NCBI GenBank assembly: GCA_013239625.1
Contig: MU053629.1
Span: 2,011,567-2,075,566, forward strand
DNA: 64,000 bases
Direction: 5' to 3'
Origin: Lama guanicoe
Lineage: Eukaryota
Both the position numbers and the translations under genes were made by a program. Shown in pieces: positions 51,631 through 64,000 of this stretch. Numbering within the stretch: the first letter of the stretch is position 1; every line of letters starts with the position of its first letter. The notes below the pieces were generated by a model. That model was not told the DNA's origin. It did not search any database and worked only from the letters and a program-made list of their open reading frames with translations.

Positions 51631-52664
51631 GTAACAGCTGTATATTTTTTTAATTTCAGTCTTACTTTGTGGAGAGAAGTCATTGAAGTTCATCTTCTTT
51701 CACTTCCTTTTTCCTGTGGGTTGGTTGGTTGGTTGGTTTTTTTTGTTTGTTTGTTTTTGGCTGAAAGGGACTTTATTTGTATAGTGGCAAATCATAGACA
51801 GCTGTTCAAAGCATTAATTCATCAAACAATACAAATAAAAAATCAGTTCCCAACACCAAGAATCAACCAAATAGTCATAATTTTTTCCTTTTCCTAAAAT
51901 TATGAGAATAAAACAACTACAGTAAATTCTGGGATCTTTAGATTTGGAAGAACAACCACAAATAAGAATTTATTAATTGGGAGTGACCCAATGTAGACAT
52001 ATGCTATTGGATTTGGACAGATGAAAGTTGGATGACTTAAGTGGCATATTTTGGGAATCACCCTAAGCACAGGATCCTAAAACATCACTTTGACTCTTAG
52101 GTGTCTTGGTTTCCTTCCTCTTACTCAGCCATACAGTTTTTTGAAGGCAAAATGAGAGAATAAGTGCAAAACCACCTTTAAAAGCTGTTAGGAAATCAAA
52201 CTTTAGGAATCAAGGTTCGTGTTTCCTTAAAAATGCTGTTTTGGCTGATATGACCGACTTATTTTAAATTCATATTCTGACATTCTTATGTTTTTTACTA
52301 CATTTTATGGTTTTTCTCTTGACATCTCTAGCTTGTTTCCAAAACCCATCACTACCAAACTGCAGTCTGATCCACCTGAGTAGAGTAGAATTAATTTGTT
52401 TGAAGTTGTGGGGTCCTTGAACTTCGATGGTATGAAACTAATTTTCCTATAGTTTAGGATGTGGATAGTGGACTAAGCCAGCTACTCACTGAATTTTTTT
52501 GCTAAAATACAAACAGTTGTGCCAAATAAAAAGCCTCATTGTTTTCCTTATGCCTACAAGTAGATAATAGAGAAAGCGATTTGTTCAGAATTGAAAACAG
52601 ATATGTGAGTTCCAAGGTCTTAAAGAAGGAAATTTATCCAATCCTTCCGTTATTCTTGATTCAG

Positions 52665-52756
52665 ATGTGGAGTTTCCCAGTGACTATCCATCAGGTTGTC
52701 TCCTGGGTTGCGTGGACTTAATTGACTGCTTGTCCCAGAAGCAATTTAAGGATCAG
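52665..52756 (+). CDS. TRIP4: TRIP4 exon 11
   Basis: gattcag|...|gtgagt; 92 nt; DVEFPSDYPSGCLLGCVDLIDCLSQKQFKDQ; cumulative 1572 nt = 524 codons with no stop, so the gene continues beyond the window. Confidence 0.96.
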
Positions 52757-55700
52757 GTGAGTAAAGAGTATTTCTCTTGGACGGTTGCTTTGTTTGCCGC
52801 CATAGCTGACCTGTAGAGCCTTCAATTCAGAATATCCTGGAGATAGTAAGGTGCTAACAACCGAATTTGGACACGTGAAGAGAATCTTTTAAAAAGGAAA
52901 TATTGGGAAGAGAAGACCGTGGCAGAAACAAATATTCGGTGATGCTTTGGTTCCTGGTATGTGGAGGACTGGTACATAAACGTTTCTGCATAAAAAGCTA
53001 TTGCCACAATCCAGCTAGCAAGAATAGCTGGATTCTTATCCTTTAATAAAACTTTGCTGCTTTTGGCAAAGAAACCCTCCATTATTCCTTAAATTATGTC
53101 AGTTAGGTGGTGGGAAATGGTAGAATTTGTCATTACTTATTCTGAAACATTTGGTCCAAGCCAGAGTATTCATGATAGGCAAGTATGTTTGAACTCCAGT
53201 TGTCCAGACAGTGCCAGGTTTGGGTGTGTGTGAGTGTTTGTGCGTACATATGTATGCATTTTTTAAAAATTTTTGATTGTTAATGATTGAACTGACATAA
53301 CTAAAGTACATTTTTGAACAGTAGAGGGAGCTGAAAGACTTTGGCTTAATTGGAAAATTCTTGAAATTTAGAGCCTTTTTGATTAGGCTCAGGCTAGGAG
53401 GAATCCAGAATGAGAAGGTCCATCCTTGAAGCATGAAGAGTCTTACCTAACCAGATGGTTTTCCTGTTCTTGAATAGCTACTTTTTGCAATAGGGGTTCC
53501 CCCACTGTGCTTAAAAAAATGTCCTTTAGCTTATTTTCTCAATAAATTCTTTATTTTCCAGACTTTCCTTTGCCTTTCATTACTGCCATTAGTGTCTGCC
53601 TTTTAGAAAAACTGCTCCGGTCCATTTCACTCTCTATCCATTCCTCAAAGATTTTAGCCAATAGTTATTATCCTTCCAGTTTTCTACTTTTTGTTTTCCT
53701 GGGGATTGCCTCCTCAGCTCTTTTCTGATTTCTGTATGTGTATGAGTACAGTACATGTGTTCTGGTATGAATTTTGACTCCAACCCTTTTGTTCTGCCCT
53801 CAGTACCTGATCCAGACCTAGGCAAAACATGGAGTCCCTTTGTTTTCCACACCCCAATGTGCCTATCCTATCTTTTTGCAGATCTTTTACCTATTTTTTT
53901 TTCAGGGTCTTCTTTCCTCTCCTCCCTTTTTTTTCAGTCTAGAAGTAATAATTGTAAAAATTCCTTATCTTGGTGTAGGCCTTAGAGTTTTACAGACTCT
54001 CAGGTACAGCTTAGTATAACTTAATGTATTATATTTTCTCCTTAGGTTATTTGCATTCTAAAAGAGAACCCAGGAGCATCTGGCAGTGTGGGTGATGGGA
54101 TTGTCTTTACTTTCTCATTTGTTAATTAATCAGGCCACCACTTGATACAGGTCAAATGATTTCAATAACTAGACAGTTAGCCAGTCATCTTTCTGCCACA
54201 GATTTGTGTAGAGAAGGGTAGGGAGCTGTAATACTAGTGTATGGAGTACCACAAGGCTTACAGGAATTAGAAATCTATTTAACAAAACAAACCTTTCTGG
54301 TTTCTCAGGGATACCTCTCTTTCAGTTCAGCATGGTAGTCCTCCTTGAGCTTATTCTGTCTTTTACACAGAGGATGCTTAGGACAGCACATAGAAGTAAA
54401 GGAATTCTCCCATATGCTCCCAGGTGGAGGTCCTAGCAGCTCTTCTTATGAATTTCCCTGATGTGTGTATGACATTAGAATATCCCGAAATGCCAGAAGC
54501 TACAAGACTTCATCAAACACAGAAATCCCATACCCGTTTTTCCTGTGGTCAGCTTTTCTATGGCTTTTCCCATTATTTCTTTTCTGTGTGCGAGGCTAGC
54601 ACATGAGTGTCTTCAGAATTGGTATTAGCCATATTTGGAGATTATTTATTGGGTAAGGATCTTACCTCTTTCAAAAGTTGTAGCTTTGGTACTTGGCTGT
54701 CTTTTGGAAAATGTCTCAAGCACCTTTGGTAATCTACCTGTCTCTGTTTGAGCTAGAGTTCTCTGATATAAGTACTGTGATTGCCTGGTCTGTTTTACCA
54801 GTGTTATTCTTGCTTTTTCAAGAATGAGTTGAGAGTTTAGGAATAATAGCTGTTCTTGGCCTTTCTTTGATAAGTTAAAATATACTAAGCTTTCACTATT
54901 TTTGGCATAGTGAGATCATTTAGTTCCTTAAAAAAAAAAAAGAAAGAAAAGATTTTATTAGTGGTTGTTGAAAATCAAGTGCACTACACTGTAAGTGGCT
55001 TTAAAAATATGTGCTTAAAATGCTTTCCCCTGAGCTAAGAACTCGTCTTCCTGTTATCTTCTAAGAGTGATGTGGCTGGCATGGCTGATTTGTGCCAGAA
55101 AAAAATCCTGCTTGACCGTCAGTCCTCTTGAGTAATGGCAGGGGATCAACCTAGACAAGGTAGGAGTGATACTGAAAAGGCTGTAGGCTCAACTCAGGAG
55201 AGAAAGGTAGATGAGAGTCATCTAGTTAAAACTTCTCCTGTATTCCCCTGGAAGGAGCCGGTGCCTTGCCAGGGTTTTATCTGCCCACAGCAGATGTAAG
55301 CTCTCAAAAACAGCAGGGAGGATGTTGACTGCAACAATGCATCGAGGCTGTGGTTTGTAACCTCAATAGTAAGGCAGTTAAAACTTTTTTTTTTTAACAC
55401 AGACATTTTGATTGCCAAATCCATAACCATTAGCAGCTGTGGTTTGAACAGTTCTCTAGACCTAACAAGTTTTCAAACAGAAAAGTTGAGTTGGTGGCTT
55501 TTGTTTCTATGCATCTGTATTGGGTTTGTGCTATTTATATCTCTGTCTTCGATAGAAAAATCTGATTTGTCTGCTATCTCCTTGGTCACTGATTATTCTA
55601 CCTCTCCTGTATTGAATCCATTCCTCTCCTGCCAGCTTACTGACCCTTTAGTCCGTTTGATCTTAGGGCTTTTGTAATAGCCAAGATCCTGTACTGAAGG

Positions 55701-58700
55701 AATTATGCTGAAGCATTTCTGCTGCTGGGTGCCTGTATAATTGACATCAGCAATAGAATTAGAGTTTTCCAGTGGGGAGGAGAGTATTACTTGTTCCTTT
55801 TTAGATAAGAATGTCCATGCAATAGAGATCTGCAGAAAGATTGCATATAGCACTTCATGTGTGGAAATCATCAGCTTCTATTCACAAAAGGATTGTTTGA
55901 GAGGTGAGAAATTAGAGAATGAAGGAAGTGATAGTCTGTATTCAAACCAGGCATTGGCGTTGAAAAATGCAGTCCCCAAATTCTCTTTGAAAATATGTGA
56001 AAATGTTCTCTCTGTTATATGGAGAAAACCTGCCAATTCATAGACCTAAAGTGTATGTATGTTCCTTAAGGGGTCTGATCTGAGACCTGACAAAGAGCGG
56101 AAATGTATGTCTGCAACAACTAGCCTAACCCTAGGCAGGTCTTTAATATCACAGCTCATTTGAGTGAAATGGAGAATGTATTTGCAGAGTTCCCATGAAA
56201 ACTAGAACATTTACTTGAGTTTCTAGGTCAGAACAGACTGTCTTTAGAGTTGTTTGCAACCTGGGTATCAAGTGCCCACTTGATGAGTTGAGGAAAACCA
56301 TGTACATTAAGAAAAAGTAATCCAGGAAGCATTATGCTTTCTGCTGTACTTATCCTGAAGAGAGAAAGGGAAATTTAACACTTTTCTGTGCATTTATAGA
56401 AATTCTTTCATGTTTAGCTTTTCATCTGGAAATGAACACATAATTCTTAAGATTTTCTTAAGTATTTTATTCATCAGTAATTACTTGAGCGCCTACCCAT
56501 AAATCAGACAGTGTTTTAGACACTAAGAGAAACAAAAAGATGAATCAGCCATGGGTTCTGTCCACGAAGTCTGAAAGACCACTAGGCAGATAAGATACGT
56601 ACAACAAAATACAAAATAAAAAGCAAAGATAACTCTCTTAAGAGAAGTAAAGACTGCCTCTGAGGAATTAAAGGAGGGCAAGTTTGGGAGGAATCTCCTC
56701 CAGCTGGGAGGGAACCCAAAAGACTTTATTAAGAATGTGGCTTTTGAATTAGCCTTGAAGGATAGTAATAATAAAATCTATCACTTTTTGATCAGTTATT
56801 ATGTGCCAGACCTATTATGTATGTAATTTTCTAATCCTCACAACAACTCCAAGCAAGGAATGATTACCCTTCTTTTAGAAATGAGAGAATTTAAGACTCA
56901 GAGCTAAAATGACTTGCATGTAGTCGGTAAATGGTAAAATTGGGATTGCTGTTCAAGGCTTCCTGTTTGGGCGGTAGAAAAGTGTGTTCTAAGGAGAGGG
57001 TGTAATGTGAGGTGGAAAGTCATGGGTTCTGTATGGAGAATAACTGGAGAATAAAAGCAGACCAATTTGTTGAATGGGAAGGTGTGTTGTGGTCAGAGGG
57101 TAGATAGCTTTGAATGATAGGCTGTGGAGGTGAGACATTTTTCTCTAGTCAGTTTTGAAGGTCATCTGAGCTGAAGAAGATGAATCTGGTAGTAATGTAA
57201 AAGATGGATTGCAGTGGAGAGACTGAAGGTGGGACGTCTAGTGAGAAGGCAATTGTCATCCAAGTTAGATATGTTTTTTTAAATCTGTTTTAATTAGACA
57301 GGAAGGGGAACAGGTGCAAGGTTTTATGTAGGTAGAGTCAGTCACTCAATGTGACACCTTCACACCTTCACTTTATCTGTAAATAAACCCAGGCTTAGAA
57401 AGCAGTCTGCTTGATCTAGAAGGAATCTGCTGTAGCTTTGCAGTCTTGCTATCTTCTTGTAATCTGTTGACGGCATCTTCGTTTGTTATCCAATTTACTG
57501 TATGAACCAGGTGGCAAATTATCTCCTAATTTAAAACTTTATTGCTCAGAATAGTATATAAAAATCACACATTCAGCAAGTATTTATTGACCATCTGTCA
57601 TGTGCCAGGCACTGTGCTAAAAATTAAGGATCCACAGTTTTAACAATATATTTCATCTCCTCTCGATCTTTTCAGTCTTCTAGAAGAGACTGATACAAGA
57701 AAACTAAACCATGGTAGTTACCATATGATCAAAGGAGTGCACAAAGGAGAGGATCTAACTCCTGACTCACCTTGGCTGGAGGCAGAGCAGGGAAGGTTAA
57801 GGCAGCTTCTAAAAAAGGCAGTCCCTGGAGAAAGAAGACTTTATATCTCCATCCATATGCCATCTTGTGTCATGTCTTCATGTTCTTGTCCACCAAGAGA
57901 GTTCTGTTTGTCTTTTAAAACAGCTCAGGTGTCACTGTCTGTGTAGAGTCTTCCCTGACCTCAGCCATTTGGATTAATCACTTCCTTCTCTGGGCTACTA
58001 TGTTCATGTTTCTATTATTACATTGTAAACTATTTTTTTGTTAATTACATGTTTGCATGTAAGTCCTTTAGGAGCCATCTATGTCTTATGCACCTTTTTA
58101 CCTCCAGTATCCTAGCATGATAGCTTGGCGCATAGTAGGTGCTCAATAAATGGTGGTGACAATACTTTGAGAGGCAGGCGTTGGTTGATATACAAAAAGC
58201 CTTAAATACTGTGTTGAAGGAATTTGACTTGTATTCTGAGGGCAACCACATAAGTGATATAATAAGATAGTAAGATGTACATTTTAGAAAGATTGTTCAG
58301 GCAGCTGTAGGAAGGCTGGACCCGATGGGGCAAGCCTGAAAACAAGTAGGTTATTTAGGAAATTATCCTGTTTGTCCAGGTGGAGGCATGATGGAGGCTT
58401 GCAGTAGTGCTCTGGCAGTTGAGTTGGAAAGAAAGGAATAGATGATTGAAATATTTGGGAGGTAAAGGCTATAGGACTTGGTGACTTGATTGGATATGAA
58501 GGGTGAGAGAAAGAAGTCTGGGATAAACTTGGTGGGCTTCTGACTGTGGTGAGTTGGGTGAATGATAGTACTGTTAGTCTAGACAGGGTATACAGAGGAA
58601 CAAGATTTTCTTTTAAGGTAAATGACTTTTTAAAATAAAGGAGCTGTGGCAAAGGAAATCTGTATAGTAGCGGTAGAGGAGAGATGTTCTGTAGTATGTG

Positions 58701-58783
58701 ACTGTTGTATAAAAAGCAGTTCTGTGATTTTTCAGTTGGACTGCTTAAAATATTTTAATCTATTTTGTTCTAAAAGACATGTT

Positions 58784-59358
58784 TTTTTTCAAACTAAACC
58801 CATTATCTTCTTTTTTTTCCTTTTTCAGTTTTATTAGGTAGAATTATCACAGTTTGACTGCACATAGACATAATATTGCATGTAAATACATATATACAAT
58901 ATACTGCACATTTTTTTTAGTTTACATATATGTTCTGATCATCATTTCTGAGAACAGATTAGAGCTTTAGCTTTTTAAACTTACATAGTTACCAAAGGAA
59001 TAAAGCCAACCACAAAATAAAAATCAACAGAATGTAGTAATCAAATCATAAAGGACAGTCAAATGTGCTTACACATATTCAAGAAATCAATCACCTAAGT
59101 TATGAATAAGTAGTTCATTTGTGTCCTTATTTTTTAATTTTATTATTATTTTTTTAGATTCCACATATAAGTGATATCATATGGCATTTTTCTTTTTCTG
59201 GTCCACTTCACTTAGAATGACAATCTTCAGGTCTATCCATGTTGCTGCAAATGGTATTATTTTATTCTTTTTTATGGCTGAGTAGTGTTCCATTATGTGT
59301 ATGTACCACATCTTCTTTATCCAGTCATCCATTAATGGACATTTGGGTTGTTTCCATG
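58784..59358 (-). mobile_element. TSD-bounded retroinsertion: L1 fragment fused to a different polyadenylated 3' segment
   Basis: Perfect 15-bp TSD tctaaaagacatgtt (58769-58783 and 59359-59373); L1-like 59112-59358; remainder unlike the other L1 3' ends in the window. Confidence 0.85.
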
Positions 59359-61734
59359 TCTAAAAGACATGTTATTTGATAAGGGGACATTATTGCTGTT
59401 AATAACACTATATATTACTTGATAGTGATCTTATCTTGATATGTCAACTCATGTCAAAGGTTCTCTGAATTCTTCCTTAGAATAGTTGTCCTCATTTGAG
59501 TCAGACCAGCCATTGGTAGGTAAAAATCTGAAACTGGAAGAACCCTTAATGCCAGAGGAATCTTAGCATTCTGAGGGGTTAGTCTCAGGGTAGATTTCAA
59601 TGATTAAGTACCTTATAATGTAGTATCTTTAATTAAGAGCAATTTTCTTTTGATTTTCACTAGTTTAGGTTGATGTAAAAGCCTGCTGTATAAAAATAAA
59701 GACCAAAAATAATTGCCACGAATGGATGATTCCCAGTTAGGTCTTGAAGAATCAGAGCAGAAAAGCTATGAGATTAATTTTAGAGAAAATATAAGTCCTT
59801 GGGTTCTTTTGTGTGTGGAGGTTCCAGCACAGATAGGATTCCAAAGGGCACAGAAAGCCATAGTAGGAATTTTATTGTCAGTAGGAAGAAACCACGAAAC
59901 CAGTGCCGTGTGGCTTCAACCAGATCATCTTCCACAAATGGCTATAAGACCCAAAAGCTGCATATTACTTTTTCATTATTCCTCTCACCTGCAACATATG
60001 TGAATAGTCTCTGGAGCATTGAGCTGAAACTCTCTGTATTTGATACTAGGCCCATGATTTGAATTGGGTACTGGTATATGGGAGTTCAGCTATCCCACTT
60101 GTGATGAGTATGTTACTCTGATGTGAGAAAACTCTTACCGTCCAGTGTCATGGGGCCCGCAGTGCTAGTTATCCTGTGAACACCTTGAATTGCTTTGAAG
60201 GAAAATGTAAATGAGAACTATTTATCAGAGAACACAGTTGCTTTCAGGATATGCTTCTTTAGATCTGTTGTGCTTGTGGCCTTTTTTATCAGACTCATTT
60301 CCTTCCCTCTTTCTGAATATTATCACTTCAATCTTCTTGGAGTTGGATTTCAGCTAACTAGATTTCAGAGCCTGATTTCATGTCCAGTCTAGTTCTCCAA
60401 AGTTTAAACCATGAAAACCTACAGCAAATATATGTTCTTTGTTAATGAGTTTCTTAACTGTTTGCTTTAACCGTTAGTCCTCTGGAGACAGATACAAGAT
60501 TTACATATAGGTCATCTGGGGATTTGTCATGAAGAGTGACATAGTTTAGGATTTTCTGATCATTTCAGTCCAAGGATTAAAAAGAGGCTGGCAGAGTTAG
60601 GGGAAATGCCCACTTGGCTCTGAATCAGTAGTGGTTGCCAAAAACTGCTAAACTTTTTTTGTCTCTTACAAAAATGGCAAGAGAAATGTTTTCTAGATGA
60701 CTAGTGAATAATTTCCCTCTGGAGAGGAGAAGAAAATGGTTGTTTAGTAGTTAATTACCTGTTATGTTAGACAGCTATGAAACTTACGAGGCATGAAAGA
60801 AAGTAAGCCCGCCTCCACCACTCATGAAGCTGGAAACCAGGTGACAGGAATCATGTTGTTGTAGGCAAGAACAGCAGCAGTGTCCTGAGGAGTCTGGTGC
60901 TGAACTTGAATGGTTGCTTTGAGTTATTTGGTCTTATAACCCATATTCCCTATGCTGTGTGTTGTGCTCCCTCAGTGACCCTTAATCTAGCATCCTTTCT
61001 AAGTTGGATATGGCATCCAGAGTTTACCTCTGTTCTTCACAAGTATAAACCTTCCTTTTCTTAATTAACTCTTTCTCTGCATCAGCCGCATTTTAGTCTT
61101 TTGACTCTCAAACCAAAAATTCCTCTCTGGTAAGTCTCTGACTTGTTGGTGTTTAATGTGGTCTGCAGTGTCCAAGACTAACTGGGGAGATTATGCTTTC
61201 TTGGAGGCACTGAGGCTCTGCCAAGATGACTTTAATGCATTTTACCATGAAAAATAAACCTTTCTCCCAATGCATAGGCCTTACTTTTCTTTATTCTTCG
61301 TAGGTTTCTTTGCTTTTCAGTTCTGTTTCTTATAAGTCTCCTGAAGTTTAGTGATGGAGCTTGGGAAAGGGATATTCACAGGAAACTTGGATTTAAGGAT
61401 TCAGTTGGGAAAGTTGATTTTAGCTGTTGTCTTTATTGTGAGGCATGAATGAACAGGGGACCTCTTGTTCTGTAATTTCATTTATCCATCATTTTTCCCA
61501 TTATTTGACATTTCTTACTCTGTTAATATATGTCAGGGTAGTTTTTATTAAACATAGGGCCTTATTGGCCACCTGCCAAGACACAAAATTTCTAATGTAG
61601 CTTAGGGATAACAGATTACAGAATAACACCTGTTTTATCCAGAGTTTAGTTCTAAGAGTGTCCAGCTCCCAGCATGTGTGTATTTATCATGGTTAAGATA
61701 ATATAAATGCACAAGTTGTTAAATTTCTTGTTCT

Positions 61735-62585
61735 TTCATCCAACAAATATTTATTGATTGCCTGCTGTGTGCCAGGCATGATTCTAGGTGTTAAGGGGTC
61801 AACAAAATAGGCAAAAAATCCCTGCCCTCATGGAGCTTTCATCCTGGTAAGGGAAGTCCAAATTAAGCAATTTAAATAAGTAAATTATATAGTATCAGAT
61901 GATAGCAAGTGCCAAAGAAGAAAATTAAGGTAGGAGTTGGGGATTAAGAGTGCCTGAAGACTCACTATGAAGTTGACATTTAAACAAGATTCTGAAGAAA
62001 GAGAGAGGAAGCCATATAGATACCTAGCAGGAAGAAAGTCCCAGGAAAAGGGGGTGGGCAAGTGCAGAGATCCAGAAGCAGGAACAACAAGGAAGCCTCT
62101 GTGGCTGGAGTAGAAAGTTGGGGTAGAGTAATAAGAAAAGGCTTCAGAGAGGAAATGGGGCCAGATTGTCTAGGGACCTGTAGGTCATAGTGAGAACTTA
62201 GGCTTTTATTCTGAGATGAAAAGCCATTGCAGAGTTATGAACAGAGGAGTGACCTGATCTGATATATTTAAAAAAAAAATAGCTCTGACTGCCATGTTGA
62301 GTACGGACAAGAGGGAGGTTAATGGTAGAAATGGAGAGACCAGTTAGGGGGTTATTGTCGTAATCCAGGGAGACATTGTGATGGCCTGGACCAGGGAAGT
62401 AGTCATAGAAGTCTTAAAGTGGTGAGATACTGGATATCTTTCGAAGGTAGAGTTAACAGGATTTCCCAGTGAGTTGGTTATGGATTTTTTGGCCTGAACA
62501 ACTGGAAGGATGAAATAGCTGTTTATTTATTTTAAAGGGATATGAGTAAGAGAGGAGCAGGCTTGGGAAGGAAATCCAGGACCTT
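61735..62585 (-). mobile_element. L2 element (continues at ~63540-64000 after nested L1s)
   Basis: caacaaatatttattgattgcctgctgtgtgccaggc, cctgccctcatggagctt and further L2-like phrases. Confidence 0.8.
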
Positions 62586-62587
62586 GA

Positions 62588-63525
62588 CTTTTTTTTTAAT
62601 TTTATCTTTACTGTGGTAAATATACATAACGTAAAACTTAACACTTAAACCATTTTTAAGTGTACAACTCAGGGGACATTAAATACATTCAGTGTTATGT
62701 AACCATCACCACTATCTACCTCTAGAACTTTTCATCATCCCAAGCAGAAACTTCGTGCTAATTAAATAACAACTCCTCTTTCTTTCTCCCACCAGCCCCT
62801 AGTAACCTCTATTCTACTTTCTTTCACTATGATTTTGTCTGTTCTAAGTACCCCATATAAGTAGAATTCCTTTGTGTATGGTTTATTTCACTTAGCATAA
62901 TTTATTTTCAGGGTTCATCCATGTTGTAGCATGTGTTAGAATTTCATCCCTTTTTAAGGCTGAATAATAGTCCGTTATATGTATATGCTATATTTTGTTG
63001 GTCCATTCATCTATTTATTGATAGACATTTGGATTGTGAAAATGATTGGCTTTTGTGAATAATGCTGCTCTAAACATTGGTGTACCAGTATTTGAATCCC
63101 TGCTTTCAATTCTTTTGGGTGTATACCTAGAACTAGAATTGCTGGATCATATGGTAATTTTATGTTTAACTTTTAGAAGAACCACAAAACTGTTTTCCTC
63201 AGCAATTGCACCATTCTGCATTCACACCATCAGTTCATGAGGATTCCAGTTCTTCACATCCTGACCCATGCTTATTATTTTCCATGTTTTTTGTTTTTAT
63301 AATAATCATCCTAGTGAAGGTAGAGTGGTATCTCTTTGTGGTATTGACTTGCATTTCCAGGACTTTTTTTTTATTTTCGTTTGATTGCAATTTAATTGAC
63401 ATATAACACAGTGTTAGTTTCAGGTTATACAACATAAAGATTAGATATATGATCTATATAATGCAAAATGATTACAATAGGTTTAGTTAACACACTCTCC
63501 TCTCTCCATCACCTCTCATAGCTAC
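62588..63525 (-). mobile_element. Two adjacent LINE-1 3' fragments nested in L2
   Basis: Poly-T starts at ~62589 and ~63364, each followed by an antisense L1 3' end. Confidence 0.8.
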
Positions 63526-63539
63526 AAATTCAGGACCTT

Positions 63540-64000
63540 ATTTTTTTAACTTTGAGACTGAAGGAAATCACCAAGGTTGTGAGTATGAGAGAGAAGAGGT
63601 CTGAGGTCTGACTCTTGAAGTACTGCAATAGGGTGGGGATATGAGGAGCAGTCAGTGAAGAAGCAAAATCAGGAAGAGAATGATATCCTGGAGGCCAGAT
63701 GAGGAATGCGTTCAAGAGGGAGGGAGAGAAGAATTCTGTCAAGTTCTCCATCTGTCGCGTAAGATGAGAACTGAGAATTGATCATTTGATTTGGCAGCAG
63801 GGAAATGAATGATGACCTTTACAAGAATAGTTTAGGTGGAGTGATGGGAGTGAAAACCTGTTTATAGTGAATTCAAGGAAAAGTAGAAGGAAAGGAATTT
63901 GAGGGAGGGTGTACAGATAATCTTTGAATGAATTTTCTTATAAAGAGATTCTGAGAAATGGGGTAGTAACTGGAGGAGTATGCAGCATCTGGGGAGTTTG
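63540..64000 (-). mobile_element. L2 continuation
   Basis: aagatgagaactgagaattgatcatttgatttggca...gatgaccttt...ggtggagtgatggg. Confidence 0.75.

Noticed and set aside
52757..64000. TRIP4 exons 12-13 or another coding gene
   Set aside because: No segment matching the TRIP4 C-terminus or any recognisable protein; ORFs are short and partly repeat-derived.
1..64000. Prokaryote-type systems (CRISPR arrays, operons, defence islands)
   Set aside because: The sequence is mammalian, with spliceosomal introns and no regularly spaced repeat-spacer array.

Overview
Mammalian genomic DNA, most likely a camelid (inferred from about a dozen copies of a tRNA-Ala-derived, vic-1-like SINE), covering the CSNK1G1-PCLAF-TRIP4 block. 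It holds a CpG-island promoter and non-coding first exon on the minus strand (~6.7-7.6 kb; called CSNK1G1 by synteny only), the complete four-exon PCLAF/KIAA0101 gene (minus, CDS 19436->12449, 111 aa), and coding exons 1-11 of TRIP4/ASC-1 (plus, 24737-52756, 524 codons, with no further exon seen in the window). The rest is intron and intergenic DNA rich in L1, L2, MIR, MaLR LTR, Tigger and SINE copies. The most notable item is a near full-length processed CD24 retrocopy (~14725-16536) in sense orientation inside PCLAF intron 3. It still has an open 61-codon signal-peptide/GPI-signal frame and its own poly(A) signals. Also notable: two chimeric L1 insertions carrying polyadenylated non-L1 sequence, inverted SINE pairs around TRIP4 exon 7, and two TRIP4 exons that begin with a donor-like GTATGT. 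Gene and repeat identities come from my recall of orthologues and consensus sequences, not from a search; old-repeat boundaries are approximate.
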